In this document: positions 42,801-60,412 of the stretch, in pieces
Position numbering within the stretch: position 1 is the stretch's first letter
How the letters are laid out: the number at the start of each line of letters is the position of its first letter
NCBI GenBank assembly: GCA_900617105.1
Contig: UYFQ01000740.1
Span: forward strand, 1 to 64,000
DNA: 64,000 bases
Direction: 5' to 3'
Source: Hydrurus foetidus
Lineage: Eukaryota
Translations under genes and position numbers: made by a program
The notes under the pieces: generated by a model
Databases searched by the model: none
The model's input: the letters and a program-made list of their open reading frames with translations, nothing else
What the model was told of the DNA's origin: nothing

Positions 42801-44942
42801 TTGACCACTTTCAGTAGTCCCAATAAACGTCCCTCAAGGGCCGCAAAAAGTGCAGGTAATCCGTGAAAACTTTCCGTGAAAAAGTTGATAGTTCTTGGAA
42901 CAGATTTTCCAATGACTTCCCCTGGAGATGAGAAGAAATCTTCATCAAATTTGCTGCTGAAGATTGGATCGGATCCCTCAGTAGTCGGGTCGGGGAATGA
43001 GAATTGGTTATTCCCAGAGAGGTTGGAATGATCGCTGCTATCTTTTTGCATGTCTGCACTCCCTCCTAAACTCTTTCCTCCACTCCCAGTCCCACCTCCA
43101 TCCCCACTATCCCTGCTACTGCTACTGCTACTACTGCTTTTCTTCATGAAATCTGAATCGGTACTAGTAGACCCAGCAGTACCCGCTGAATGTCCTTTCA
43201 CGAGATCGTTCTTCTTCCCCATGATGAAAACCGCTTGGTCCCACAATGACCCCCCCTCAGTAACGTCACCCGCACCGCTCTCACCAGTCATAGGTCTGAG
43301 AGAAGATGAGTGCGGTGCAGTTGAGGTGGGGAGATCGGGAGGGGAGGGGACGATGATGAAGGTGGATTTTTCTCTGGCTGTGAATAGGAGAGATGGTGGT
43401 GTGATGGTCTGGACTGCTTGTCTCACGGCCACCACCACTCCTAAGAGCAACAAGGGCAGCAGTACGTCTTGCATTAGGAACAGAGTCATCAGCAACATCG
43501 TCCTCATAGGTGCAGCTGAGAGGGAGACTGCGAAGACTCTACCCGCAGTCAGAGCAGTACCAGGCACGATGGGTGAAACACTCCTCACCATACCGCCACA
43601 CACACTCCAGATACCACTGGACAAACTACGTATCCTATCTTTCACAGATAAGTGTCCCTCCAAATCTCCCTCAGATATGCTCAAGTCAGATATAATCGTT
43701 CCTTTGTCCTTGACACGCACTTTCTGTTCTCCTGCATCATAGTCTGCCCACAGGTCGTTGTCCATCCTTCCCATGGAGCTCACAGATATCTTCTTGTGCT
43801 GAGCTTTCGGAACATTCTCAGTTTTGGTGAATAATGTGTCAAGTCTCTCTTCCTCGATGTCGTACGCACTCTTCTTTAGCACCGAAGAATCACGATTCTC
43901 AACTACAGATGTTTTCGTTTTTACTAAATCTCTACGCTCGATCTCATTACGAGTTGCAGAATGCTGGTCGGCATCTATCGGTCTCTTCGAGGTGCTGTGC
44001 ACCCGTGACTCCTGATCAAATTGTCTAGAGTCACCAGCATCATTTCGGCTGTCGTAATTACGATCGTAATCGCTATTTTGATTTCCACGACTAAAGCCCG
44101 TTTCTCCTATTGGATCTCGATCTTGTTGAAAGGTCGTCCGGTATGTATCCCTGTCAGCCTGCCTCCGCCCACCACTGCTGTCTCTGTAGACTCCTTCCTT
44201 ATTCTCGTAGCTGTTGGGAGGATCATCGTACCCACCTTGGGCGTCATCATATCCACTGTCAAAATCCTGTCGAATCGCTTTTGTTGACAAAACATCCTTC
44301 TTCGTTACCTTCGTTTTGATAATTGCCTTCAGCGACCCCAAAGAAGATTTAAAGCTATTCAGTGTCTTAGAGATTTTTGAAAGTCTTTTGGTTCCGTATG
44401 ATGCATGGACAGATGGTTGAGGCTTGTCAACAGACCAATCTTCGTCATCCGAATACTCTTCGGGACCGCCTCCCCTATCATTGAAACCACGATCGTAGTC
44501 GTATGGAGCGCGAGTTGCTTTGTAATCACTGTCGTCATCAACATTAACTGAATCCCAGGGGTCATCTGTCAATGGCTCATTAAATTCTTCATTGTAAGTG
44601 CTCTTATCATTCACCGACTTAGGGTCCGAATCGACACGGTAAGTATCGCTTGCATCAAATTGCGAGTACAGATCAGAACTTGGTGGCTCCCACTGAGTTG
44701 CTCCTAGTGCATGCATTTGCAGGTGATTCTGGTCAGATGACACTATTATCCGTTCGAGATTACAATCGTGGTGCAAAAATCATGCTTTAACCTGTGCGTT
44801 GGTCATAGTAGTATATCCGACCCTCATGATAGTGTTGACTCCATTGAGGCGGCAGCTGACCAGTCGATGAAACACGTTGAGATACAAGTAAACATATGCT
44901 TATTAGGCCACAAGTTATAGCTGAGCTGCCGGACACCGTCAT
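38659..44942 (-). CDS. large multi-exon protein: signal peptide, WW domain, low-complexity regions, TM helices and degenerate ABC ATPase domain
   Basis: LPPQWSQHYHEGRIYYYDQRTG|ATQWEPP; C-terminal VHGRELEEWSLSALRNRITYLKQ, LPQGASTIV, TLSEGQ..LSLSRAL, IILMEAP, ADRVLVMLDGKIKQEGTYSELI. Confidence 0.7.
39822..39882 (+). repeat. (TTAG)n intronic microsatellite
   Basis: Read directly. Confidence 0.9.
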
Positions 44943-45505
44943 TGGACTGATACTGATCAAGCTGAACAAGATGTCTCTTGCACCTATTGCAAGGCAACGA
45001 TCAACGTTCCACAAACATTCAGTAATCGACGCTGCGACACACTACAGAGATTTTTGTATTGCAAAGTATGCAATGCTGGAGCATGAATTTTAACTGCAGT
45101 GGAACGTAAAGCTGTGCAGCAGTTTATCCAGGTATTAGTAGACCGTATGCGATAGAATCCGTTCCTAAGGAAATAAACAGTACATATTACATTTGGGAGC
45201 AATATGGAACTACTAAAAAGCGTATCCCTCATATTTGACACCAACTGCGGACACGCGTCGAAAAAATTCAAGGAATGAGGCTGTCTACAGCTAAGCGATC
45301 TGAGTCGCGAAAGTCGGCGTCCAGCAGGGTTAGGATAGCATAGAAATGATGCGTGATAGGGCAGATGCTCCAAGAAGAGCGATATTTGTTTTGATGGAAT
45401 AACTACTGGCCCCACGTGCGCTGACTCAACCTTGCGATAAGAAGGTTTGTCGCAATATTGTGACTAAACACAACCTCCTACGAGGGAGACAGCATATCCT
45501 GCCTC

Positions 45506-46038
45506 ATGAAAGAAATTTGGGTTTCGCTTTTCGTCTTATTCTCCCTGTTCGGGATAAAGCAAGCCAAATATCCCATGACAACTCGCCAATGCTTTGCCTC
45601 TCTCACGCTGCCTGACAAGAAACTTATCTGTCCAGAGCAAAGGTTAGTATTGCTATTACCAAAACATCGCATTCAGAGCTGGCCCCCTGTCAGAATGAAC
45701 CTGTTTTCACAGCTGTTTCATTATTTTATTTTGCATTTAGGAATAATTTTTGCATCAAGGAAATATCTGATTTGAAGGAAGATTTATGCGGAAAGACAGC
45801 GTATTTTGGCGATTACTGGGACGCTAAGTTGAACCTCTGCTACTACAAGCATTGTAGTGACGCATGCAATTCTGGAGACTCGACGTTCATGTTCGGTGGG
45901 AAATCCTTCACACGAACAACTTTCTGTTGTAAAAATGGCAACTACTGCAATTCTGCATCTAAATTGACTGTACGACTTTATCCGCTTGTTCTGCTGTGCA
46001 TTATTCTTGTTGTAACACTGACGAATATGATTGAGTGA
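45506..46038 (+). CDS. small secreted 10-cysteine protein, Ly6/uPAR (three-finger)-like, probably GPI-anchored (intron 45643-45740)
   Basis: Signal peptide; the in-frame splice joins the two ORFs; C-terminal CCKNGNYCN, then SAS and a hydrophobic tail. Confidence 0.75.
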
Positions 46039-46505
46039 TTTTTAGGCGATTTACCCTTTCTGCTCTTACTGTGTGACTCTACGCTGTAACAGCATTAGTT
46101 TTATTTCGCGGAGCGGTATATGCTTTTCACGCCCTCAGTATAAAGCTTTGTATGTATAATAGACTGTGCGTTTGAACAGTGAATCACTTTTCAGTTTAAT
46201 GCGTCTAAGCTGGGCTGCAAAAACCGTGAGACACCTACACAAGTAGTAGAGCATGCAGTGTATTTTATGCTATACATGTAAGTTACAAGGTACTGAGAAG
46301 TACATAGGAGTTCCAGTGTATGCTAATCACGGAAGGTGGGTTGGGGAGCAAAAATCCATCCCCGGGACCCTGTCTTTTTTGTGAGCCATTTCACTTCACC
46401 GCTACCCTAAGCCTTATGTAACCCCAAGGCATGAAAGGCTGGGTAAAGGAATCTGGTGGCGGGGATGGATGACCATTCTGAGGTGGGGTGCAATTGTATG
46501 ATATG

Positions 46506-47115
46506 CTATAGTTTTGTCGACTTTTTGACGGTATTGGCGCTTGGACCAAATCCCATACGTTTCTCTCCGAATCCTTTTCTCACGGGTATCGAAATCTCTG
46601 ACTCTAAGAGATTCGCAATATCGTCAATTCCATCTTTGAACTTTTGTTTTAATAGTTTGAATAATATTCCGACGTATTCTTCTTTTGCTGGTTTCCTTCG
46701 CATGTTGAACTCCAGCAGATCGGATTCTGATCCATGGATCCTTATCAGCTCGATTAGTCTGACAGAGATGAAGAACGGAAAGTAGAGAGATTACAATACT
46801 GAAAGTAGATGGGTAAAGTTGGGATAACAAAATACTGACTGGTAGATGAATGAAGTGATGAGATAAATATTGACAGACAGACACATGGTGAGAAAAAGGA
46901 AGTACTTACTTCGTCTCGGACATCTTATCAGCAACTTGCACCGTTCTGACATAGGCAGCGCACGACCCTAGCATCAATTGAAAATGGAAGTCATGTTAAA
47001 GTGTGAAGCTTATGTATGCTAGCATTCATACAATACGTTTTGAGTCGGTGGGAGTAAAAGAAATCAAGAAGATGGCATAAGAAGACAGACGCAATACGCG
47101 AGTGAGAAAAATGAG

Positions 47116-47148
<33 letters not shown>

Positions 47149-50100
47149 AAGAAACAAACAAAAAGAGAGAGAGAGAGAGAGACAGACACAGATCAGGCCG
47201 TACCTTCTTTGAAGCTTTCCATTTTCATCAAGTCGTAACTGAGGGCGTACAGGGCACGTCCTATGTCTAACCTGAAATGTTCACATCAAATGCACGGGAA
47301 TTAGGACAAATGAAGGCCATGGGAAGGATGGCGGTCGGGTCTGTGAGAGACACATAGCATCGTCCATTATCCATGCAAAGATGGAGGGACAGGATGGGGT
47401 GGACACACAGTCCATGCATTTCTTGACGAAGCAAAGAAGCGATATTAGTAGCTTCTTCAACTCACTTCATGTAATCCTGTGCCGCCAGCAAAGTACGCAG
47501 ACTGCTCAGCACGGCTTCTTCACTGCCAAACTCTAACAGGAGGACTTCATAGAGCGCCTTCTTAACGATTTTCGTGGTAACTCCGTCACCCACTTCAGCC
47601 GCCTTCAAGAACTTCTCAAGCAGCTGATGAGACGCTTCTCTCATTTCGTCCGCACTACCCGTCCTAGGAACGAATCGTGTGCTTTTAGACTGACTCTGAC
47701 CCTGAACCCCACTGGACCCTAGGCCTGATCCCTTGAGAGATTCCAGAATTTGTTTTAGGAGGGTCTCGGGATCGGACCCCTCCACTCTAGAGAGAAGTTC
47801 AATCACTCTGTCTTCCGCTGAGGAACGACCAGGAAGATCAGGGGACTCTGAAGTGAGGTGGTTCGCACTCACCGCAACTGTCCCGTCAAGACTACTTGTA
47901 GGTGGAAGAATGGAGAGAAGAGTGGGGGTCGCTGAGAGGTCGCCGAAAGGAGGGTACACGAAGGTTGAGTAGTTATGAGATGCATCCATCACATGTTGTG
48001 AGGTGACAACAGCACTGCTGGTATTCTCTTCATTTCCCCCTCTCCCTCCCTGTCCCTGTCCCTGTCCCTGTCTATCCTCATCCGCTCCATTTTCATTGCT
48101 TTCTGCGGCTGTGCTGTCAGCACGGGATAGCGAGTCTCTTTTCTGTTGTATACGGGGAGTGGACAGCACGCTGTTAGCAGTGTCGTATAGCAAGCTCTCC
48201 ATGAGTGACGAGTCGCCTACGAGGATCTCTCTTTCTATTTCGGAGAACTTATGATGATATTACATACACAGAGGAGAGGGAATTGGAAAAATTAGTGTTG
48301 CGCGGTTCTTTATGTGTGTCTCAATAGGGGTCAGTAGTGTCAACATAGAGAGCGTAACATCTCTACAGTTGTCTCACCTTGTCGAACAAGCGCTTCAGTT
48401 CCACATCAGCAGATGCCGCTGCGATGATTCTTCCCCCCATGCTCCTGCTCCCGCTACTAGGAGCAGCAAGGGCGGCAGCTATCTCCTTGGCGAGGGACGA
48501 GTCAGCGAATGCAGAGGTGAAAGCAGTGGGTGATGATGTGGAGGAGGAAGGTGAGGATGGGAGAGGGGTGTCCGCTGGAGAGGGCTTGGCGGCTGCACTG
48601 TCTCTATTAGTGGTGGCGTTCACCTCCTCATTCTCTTTGGTGACAGTCGGTGCCGCACTACTGGCACTATCAGCATCAGCAGCAACAAGAGAGGGAGTGG
48701 CAGTTCGGCTGAAAGATGAAGTTGGGACTGCAAAGGCTGGTCTGAGTAAGTCGCCCTTCAGCAGCTCAACCAGATCAGATCCACCCTCTCTGTCGCTAGA
48801 CTTCACTGGTACTGACCTGACGACATTTCTCTGAAAGACTCCATCAACTGTGCTATTCTGCTCTTCAGTCAATTGTAAGCCGCTGGTTGCTGTAGCTGCA
48901 GCTGAATATACATTCTCACTCATCATTGCTGCTGAGATGTTTTTAGGAGTGGAATCTGATATCTCGTACAGGTCCAGGTCTGGGAGAGAAGACTCTGAGT
49001 CTGTTTCGTTGTCGTTGGACCATGCGTACATCTTGTGAGATCGAGATTTGCTGTAGAAGAGAAAAGTGGGGAGGTAACGTGACGAGAGACGAGAAGAGGT
49101 AACGTGAGAAGGTAGTAGAACAGAAGTAGAATAGAGGAGGTGATGAGAAAGTGAGAAGGTACGGTCTCACCCGTACGGTTGGTACACCTTTCTCGCAGGA
49201 ACCTGAACGAACTTTTTCTCAGGCAATATCACTGCTGACAGATGACCCCCATAGACGCACCCTAAGGGATACAACGGAAGACAACAGGACAGGACAGAAC
49301 GAGGTCGAATAAGATGGGGATGAGGCGTACTGGTAGATGTGATAGACGATTTCGGAGATGGACATGACTACACAGTTCTTTGGTAGATATCTCTACTATT
49401 ATGGATGTTACGTCATCCGGATTCGAAGTTGAAAAAGCAAAGTGCAGAAATCAGACTCGGTACTTGTAGAAGGAGAAATACCCCATAACTGACTCTTTCT
49501 CTAAATAATCTAACCATGAGATCAATCAGTAAAAAGGTGGTCAATGGCACCCACCCTACCAACTCACAACAACAATACTCTACTCTAACATCCACAGCCC
49601 GCCCTGCTGTGCATCACCTCACCTGTGTCAAGTCCCACTGCACAGTCATACATCTGCAGTCCTCTCGCAGCGTCATGTCCGAAATAGGCAGTCAGCGGTC
49701 CCTTCCACTTGTTGGCCCAGGGATGTCTGAGCGGTCAATTAGTCAGTACGATGGGTGAGAGAGGAGAAGATTAGGTCGAGGAGAAAAAAGAGGGAATAAA
49801 AGAAAAGGTAAAAAGGAAGAGGAGAAAAAGTGACGACGACGAAGGCAGGGTGAGAGGTGAGAACAGGAGATAAGAAAAGGCCACTCAGCCCATCGTTGAA
49901 AATAAGTACATTGGGATAGAAAAGAGAGCAGTCAACAAATCACTTTAGTTCAGTATAGGACTCCTGTGAGTATATTCACATTGCATTGACATTATAATGC
50001 ATTGTATTGTAATGTATTGCATCGCAGAGACTGAAGGATAACTAGCCTAGTAGTATCAACAGAGAGAAGAGTCAGTTTGGGATGCATACCTGTTGAAGCA

Positions 50101-53068
50101 TCTCGGTGACATGCGTCCGTCAGGTAGGAGAGAACGTACGGTCATCATGACCCACGGGTCTTGCTCGCTCAGTCTCTTGCCTAACGGGGGCAGAGGAATG
50201 AGTGGAGCAAGATAAATGATGGAATGGAGATGTTCAGGAGAAACACGTAACTAAGGAGTTGTCAATAAAAACCATGGTGAGTAGCATGATAGACTGTGTC
50301 TGGTGGAGGTGCAGTCAGTTCAGAATTTTCGTCTAGTGCTACATTGCAAAATACTTCATGAACTCAAACATCCCTCAGATTGCCTCGAAGATAACACAAT
50401 CAACAGCTATTCCTCAATTACGTGTTTCTCACTTACCTGTTTTGAACCCCGCATGCACGAATACGCACCCAAGGTCCACGGATCGGATGTAGAAGGGCAA
50501 CTCTGCCAGCCAAGCTAGCTCCTTCAAACTCAGTTGCATACCTTTCAGTGAGGTGGGAGACATGAGGAGTGAGGTAGACAGTGTGTGAGTGAGTGTCGAT
50601 TACGTGGCGTAGAGTTGGATGCAGAGGAACGACTAAAGAGTTTGCATGTGTGTGAATGTTTGTGGATATGTGAAGGAGTGTGGTAGTGGTGGTGGTCGTG
50701 GTGGTGGTGGGGGGAGGGTGAGGGGCTTCACATTCGAATATAGTGTGGCGCTACTTCTTCCAACTGCAGATGAGAAAGCCAAAAAAGAAAAGCCGTTACC
50801 TAGCTCCAGGTGTTGCTGCACTCTGCTGCTCGTAGTCTTCGGTGCGGGTATATCAGATCCTGGACCTGTCAGATTCCCACCGAGAGCATCCCCGGTGATG
50901 GACCTTGGTTTCGTTGAATTGTTCGACCCGCCACTGCTATCTCTATCTTTGTCACTAATGTTGCTATTTTCGCTACCTTCTCTATCCCTATTTCGAGCCT
51001 TTTCTCTTTCTCTTTCTCTCTCTCTATCCCTGCCTTCTCTTTCCTTGTCCCTGTTCATGTCGCTACCTTCAGAGCCTCTAGATCTTCCTTTGAGCCCTTG
51101 CCGCACTACTTCGTGATCGTGATTGCCGCGCACTGACATTGCGCCTATATCCATCGCTAGTCTCACCACCTCCACAGAAGAGGGCCCTACCATGTAACAG
51201 AGATGTTCAAGTGGGGTCAAATAGGAAAGAACAATGAGAGGAAGTACAAAGCCAGTAGCTAAACTAATACGCCGTCACATATCAGAAACAGTACATGAGA
51301 TCACAGCACCTTTGGCTACTAGATCGCCAAGCAGTAGTACTAAATCCCCAGGTCGGTACTTAACAGCCCGTAGCAGATCTTTCAACTCCTCCACACATCC
51401 ATGCACATCACCGATACAGATCACCCTTGCCTTGTGTCTGTCACAAATAGCGTACAGTGCGTCATACGGTACTGACAGAATGTTCTCTAAAGGTCTGTGG
51501 TCTCTGGTAGAACTATCGAAGGCAGAGTTGGTATCATCATAGTTGTTGTCTTGACTAGCTCTATTTAATTCTTCAGCGGAAGCAGAGCTATCCCCGCTCT
51601 TAGCGCTTCCTGTACTGCCTTTATATCCCTCTCTATTGCCTTCACTAGCACTCACACTAACACTGTTGCTACTGGATTTCATGAACTCTCCTACGGAACT
51701 TGCAGAGCCGAGATCTGGTATATTCTCAAACAAATCGGAATCATCACCACCCTTAGCTGAATTACTCGCAGTAAATGATACGGATGCAGTTCTCTGCTGC
51801 AGTGATACGTCATCTTCTAGAGTCGTCCAGTCTGACTCATCTGCAGAATCAGTATCGGAGGGTGTTGCATTATTAATGGTATCCTCTATCGACTGATTGA
51901 TAGCGCTCTCAGTAGAAGGGATCATAGCACCGCTAGATTCCATTTCTGTCGGTCCTAAATCCCCAGTGTAATTACCCTCTGTTAAGTCAGAAATTCTATC
52001 AATCGGTGATCTAGTCAGTGCCGGAATACCGTTTTCTGATACATCCGTCAGCTTTATTGATGCGAATTCCTCCAGAGTTTCAGTAGGAACTCCAGAGAGA
52101 CCTTCCCCAACAACTCTCTGAGCACTCTCTAAAGTTCTCGCATATCCTTGATCAATTTGGGATAGCTGATCACTCTTTGTTGCAGAACATTTTACAGCGA
52201 AAGCATCGTCGACTTCTTTTAACTCGTCATCCAGCAGATCCCATTTCTTAGCTGCGAGCCACCAGCGCGATAAGTAGCTCCGCCCCTTCGAAAGCTTAAC
52301 ATGCGGAAGAGCTTCAATGGCTTCAAGACTAGAGGTTGCTAAGTGGTCGTAGACTATGGAGCGGTAGGAGTTGCTTGGATAGTCTTGCGTAGTCTCGATG
52401 CCACCAGCAGCGGCATCAAATGGTCGCCTGCTTTTCCAGGGTTTGACGTATGACTTCTGATATCCTCCTACTTCCCTGTTCACATTGCTGTCCCCAGATA
52501 AATAGGCTTCTTTGCTACCTCGTTGTGAGCTGCGTTGAGAGTCGAAGCCGGTGGAGAAAATTACATCTGGTCCTGCAGCACCAGGTGGCGGTCTCGAAGA
52601 CCCTCGACCTCTGTAAGGGGCTCCTCCATTAGAAGAAGATCTATCTCTGCTACTTCTATGTGCGTTTCCAGATGCTCTATCTCTGCCACGATCTGATCTC
52701 TCGGCTCCATCACTGGATGGCCTGTTCTCACGGTATGAATGGGAACCTATCGACGAAGACACCGTCAGTGGTAAATCTGATCCACTATTTCTGTAACTAG
52801 TCCTTATGATATATGGGGAAGAAGATGAGTCCGAGGATCCAGAATCAAAACGCGCTGTTGCTGACACGGGAGTTACATCACTTGGTAGTCTCGTGGCGAC
52901 AGCGATCTCAGTCGTTGATGGAATCGATGATACATTCTGAAAGGAGTTCGTGCTGTCCATACGAAAGCAAGAGAGGCGATATCCTGAACTGTGTCGTTGT
53001 ACGAAGGTCCATCCCGTTCGACAAAGTATTGTAAGAAAGACACCACAGTAACATTTTATGAAGATCAT
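46506..53068 (-). CDS. large calcineurin-like metallophosphoesterase (ApaH/PrpE/Ppn2-like) with presequence, multi-exon
   Basis: [43 protein letters not shown], flanked by long S-rich regions. Confidence 0.85.
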
Positions 53069-53466
53069 TCTCCAGCAGATAGCATTCAGCCGACATGAGG
53101 CGAATGCGTCATTTTTTGTCTGTCGAGCAACGTCCTCATTTTATCTCCCCCTGCAACCTTCTAGCAGAGGATTTGATCAGTGAACTCTTTGGTAAACTTC
53201 ATCTTGTTCACATGTTCTTACTGCTGTGTAAGCCATGAAGTCTACAACACAACCCCTATTACAGTAAGTACGACGTATCCCAAACACCGTACGTGTCTCT
53301 CCTAAAGAACCCGGACCGTACAGCTTGGAATCTGTTGTTTGGGTGGCTCTCCATCAAGAAATGAGACAACCAATTGAATCCCTCCAGCTCCATCGCCATC
53401 AGACATAAACTGTTGTACAGCGCAGCCACCTTCAAAGCCGTGAGAAGGCGCCCTTCATTGTGAGCC

Positions 53467-55027
53467 ATGCAGGTAGATGAAGTCATCTGGCAGGTTATTA
53501 ATCACCAATTCTGCTCGTTCAAAGCAAAAATTGCACGAGAGAGAGTGTTTTGTCAAAACCCATACAACGTTTCTGGTCTTTGCATAAAAAGGTTTGTGGA
53601 AGTACTGCACAACAAAACCACCTCAGCAGCAAATGCCTAATGATACTTCTGTCCATGCTTGAAGTGCCTGTCCCCTAGCAAATAGTCGATATGCCACTAT
53701 CAGGGAAGAGGAGGGTGTCTGTTATCTGTACATGAAGACAGCTGAAAGAGCACACACCCCAAAGTACTTATGGGAGAAGATCAAATTGCCAGCAAACTAC
53801 ACGAAAGCGCTTGAATTGGTTTCTGGTCATTTGGAGCACTTCCCCAAGTATCTTGTGCATAGAAACAAACAGAGATTGACGAAAATTCATCAGATGCTTA
53901 TTCGGACGAGGAAACTAAAATTAAGGGCAAAGTAAGTTCCCAAATTTGTAGACCTGACAAATGCGACTCACTGAGCAGCATCTTTGAACTTGACTCTGAA
54001 ATTACGCCATCATTTTGATGACCGATCTTTCTGTCTGCTTCCATTTCGCAGACCTAAGATTGTCACGACGAACACTAAAGTAGACCGGAGGGAGATAGGC
54101 AAGGAAAGAAAAGCTTTGAAAGCCGCTCAGCTTGATAGAGCAATTGAGAATGAGCTTTTGGAACGACTCCGACAAGTATCAGAGAGTGAAATATACAACT
54201 ATCCTGAACAGCAGTACAAAAAGATATTGTCAAGGGTCTCTGAGAAATTCGAAGGTAACTTGCCCATGCTGTCGAAGATGCCCCTCAGTGAAAAATTGTC
54301 TAACCTCTGCAATTTGCATGAATAATCGCCAGACGAAGCAGAGGATGAAGAAGAAGATGTTGACGAGGAAGCGGAGTTAGAGGAAGAAAACGAAGATGAA
54401 GGAGAAGACGAGGAGTACAATGTTGAATACGTCGAGGTTAGACCCATTTGAAGTAACAATCTACCAAAGAATTGGAAAAAACAATATCGTACAACATCTC
54501 ATCCCTGCATTTATTGTGCACGTCTTGAAATTAGAACTTTGAAGAAAGTGATGACGAGGAAGACGAGATCGAGGAGGCAGCTGAAATGGTATACGAGAGA
54601 TTACAAGGTATGTACTTGAACACTTTCTTGTACAATGCCGATTCGTAGTTCAATAATATGGGTGAAAGATAATCGCTGTGAAGACAAAATAAACTCAGCT
54701 CAATATGAGGCTAAAACAGCCCTTGATTTGAACCTTCGTTTCCTGTTAGCCTGAGCGACCGATCTCCTGCATTTACCGCAACCATACCCGAAACACACCT
54801 CTATATCACGGCTACTGCTAACTATTACATACTCCTCATCTCCTCCCCCTGCAGATAAGTCAAAGAGTAAGAGGAAAAGAGGAGCGGACTCGTCGGTTCC
54901 TGTCAAGAAAGGCAAGGGCACCAGAGTGGAGGTCGAGTATGAAAACGAAGACGAAGAAGGGGAGTACGAGAGGAGCCGAGCAGCGGAGAGCGAGAGAGTC
55001 ACTGCGGCAATGGACTTCAACTTCTAA
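53467..55027 (+). CDS. MAK16: ribosome biogenesis protein MAK16
   Basis: [39 protein letters not shown]; acidic tail. Confidence 0.95.
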
Positions 55028-56059
55028 CATGAAAAATGTCACTCAATCTACTAGCGCTCTTTTCAGCAGCGTCACTTGCATACGTCATCAGAGCGCCTCG
55101 TCAGAGCGACTCATCAGTTCAACAGTGATCATTCGTCTCTATTTCTAATTCCACAGCCCTGAGTAGCATTGTCAGTTCATGAACACTTTTTTAATTTCAT
55201 TCATAATGACGTATCTCTTGACAAAGATCTACATCTATCTTCAAGCTGCCCTCCCCCATCTCTCACAGAATATCACAAGCGGACAACCATCTCTCACAGA
55301 ATATCACACGCGAACAACCCGTCCTCCCTCAACAGAGTGAAACAAAGATTTGAAGTAATCGAAAGGCATTATGTGTTATCGTGACTACCGAGACCTAAGG
55401 AGTTCAGGATTATATGAAGACTGCCGCTGGCATCTAACAAATGACGACACATCTGTCATGCAACAATTGCACGACTCTTCTTTCACTTTTTTGTACAATT
55501 TCGTGATTCTCGGAGATGATCGTACTTTTCACGCCAGGGAAACTTTTCTTTAACGTGGCTGAACTGCGTTACCGGCTCCGAGCAGTTCTACTGCGAGCGC
55601 CCTTTGGTTGAACACTGAGGAGGAGTATGCACTCTGAAGTCTCTCAGGTAGTAAGATGTGTCCTTCCCATTGCCATTGCAATGATACAAATACTGATAGA
55701 CAACCCAATTGTAGGGCAAAATACCATATATTGATCGAAGAAGGGGATTTTAAAAAGAACAGAGTTGAGGAGCACTCACATCTCACATTTACATTCTGAT
55801 AAAACTAGAAGTAGTCTGTAAAATAGGAACAAACCAAACTTTTCTGTATTCTGTATTCTGTATTCTGTACATTTTCTACATACTGTAGTTATACGAGTAC
55901 GGTATATTGTGCAGCGGATACAGCTGCCGGCTGCCGCAGTTAAAAAATTCTGTACGAAGGCATTCAGAACTGCATTCTGGCTGCACAAGTAGTTCCGCTG
56001 AAGCTATTCGCTGCCTGACAGCTCGTCTGCTACTCCTCATTACTGCGGTCGATAATTAA

Positions 56060-56541
56060 ATGGACGCTCGCACGATTGGCAAAGGGTTTTTATGTAAGGT
56101 GCTACGAAAGTCACCATCATCTGGTCTGAGAGCTTCTGCAGGTTTATCGATAAGGTCAAAGAGCACAGACAGGCCGCCGTCTCTACCGACAACATCAGCG
56201 GTCAGTCTTGATAACTCGCCTCAGAATTCTAGTCAATCGTAGTCTTAACGTCAAATTAAATTTCTCGTTCTGCGATCTGTCGAACATGCGTAACCGTGTC
56301 CATTATTATCTTGTCGTAGTCTGAGCACGGTAAATTCAGAAGTGATTCTGAGAAGCAAATTAATTTAATCCCGGTTATTGAGGTGAAAGGTTACAGAGCC
56401 ATATGTGATGGAGGAGGAGGAGCATTAGGACACCCGATTGAGTACATTCAACTCGACACTATATCAAAGTTACCACAAGTCTGCAAATACTGCGGACTAA
56501 GATATATCAAAGCCCCGGGGAACCACTTCGGACATCATTGA
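56060..56541 (+). CDS. NDUFS6: complex I 13-kDa zinc-finger subunit (zf-CHCC); intron 56201-56319
   Basis: Exon 2 (not in the ORF track) reads IPVIEVKGYRAICDGGGGALGHPIEYIQLD..CKYCGLRY; exon 1 resembles a mitochondrial presequence. Confidence 0.88.
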
Positions 56542-56971
56542 GTGCCTTTTTTGAATTATCCTATAGTTGTGTGCGGTGTGAATGCACAAAGAAAACAGCG
56601 ATGTAAGATTAGTACTTTTCAACTCTAGATTAGTGCGAGCTCCTTTCAACACAGTAATCTAAAGCACGTCACTTGATTTGATGCTCAACTTTGCGGATAT
56701 TCTACTCTGAATATCAACTTGCTTCTTATTTGGAAGATTTAGCGACTCAGATGAGGCGTAACATATTTTCGAATTGGCGTCACACAAAAATGCCACGGCA
56801 TGAGGTGTTCATGTTGAAATTCATCTTTTGATCCCATGATGCACGCGGATGTTACAGTATTGACATAAAATGAGAAATTAAGCGTCACAGGGACAGATAA
56901 TGAATGGATGGATGACATTTGGACCCGTTACATGGCATTTCCATCGCGACAGAACACAGCACAGTACTGGT

Positions 56972-60412
<3,441 letters not shown>

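Noticed and set aside
42338..44565. Many antisense and alternate-frame ORFs over long genes, here and elsewhere
   Set aside because: Shadows of low-complexity coding sequence with no domain signal
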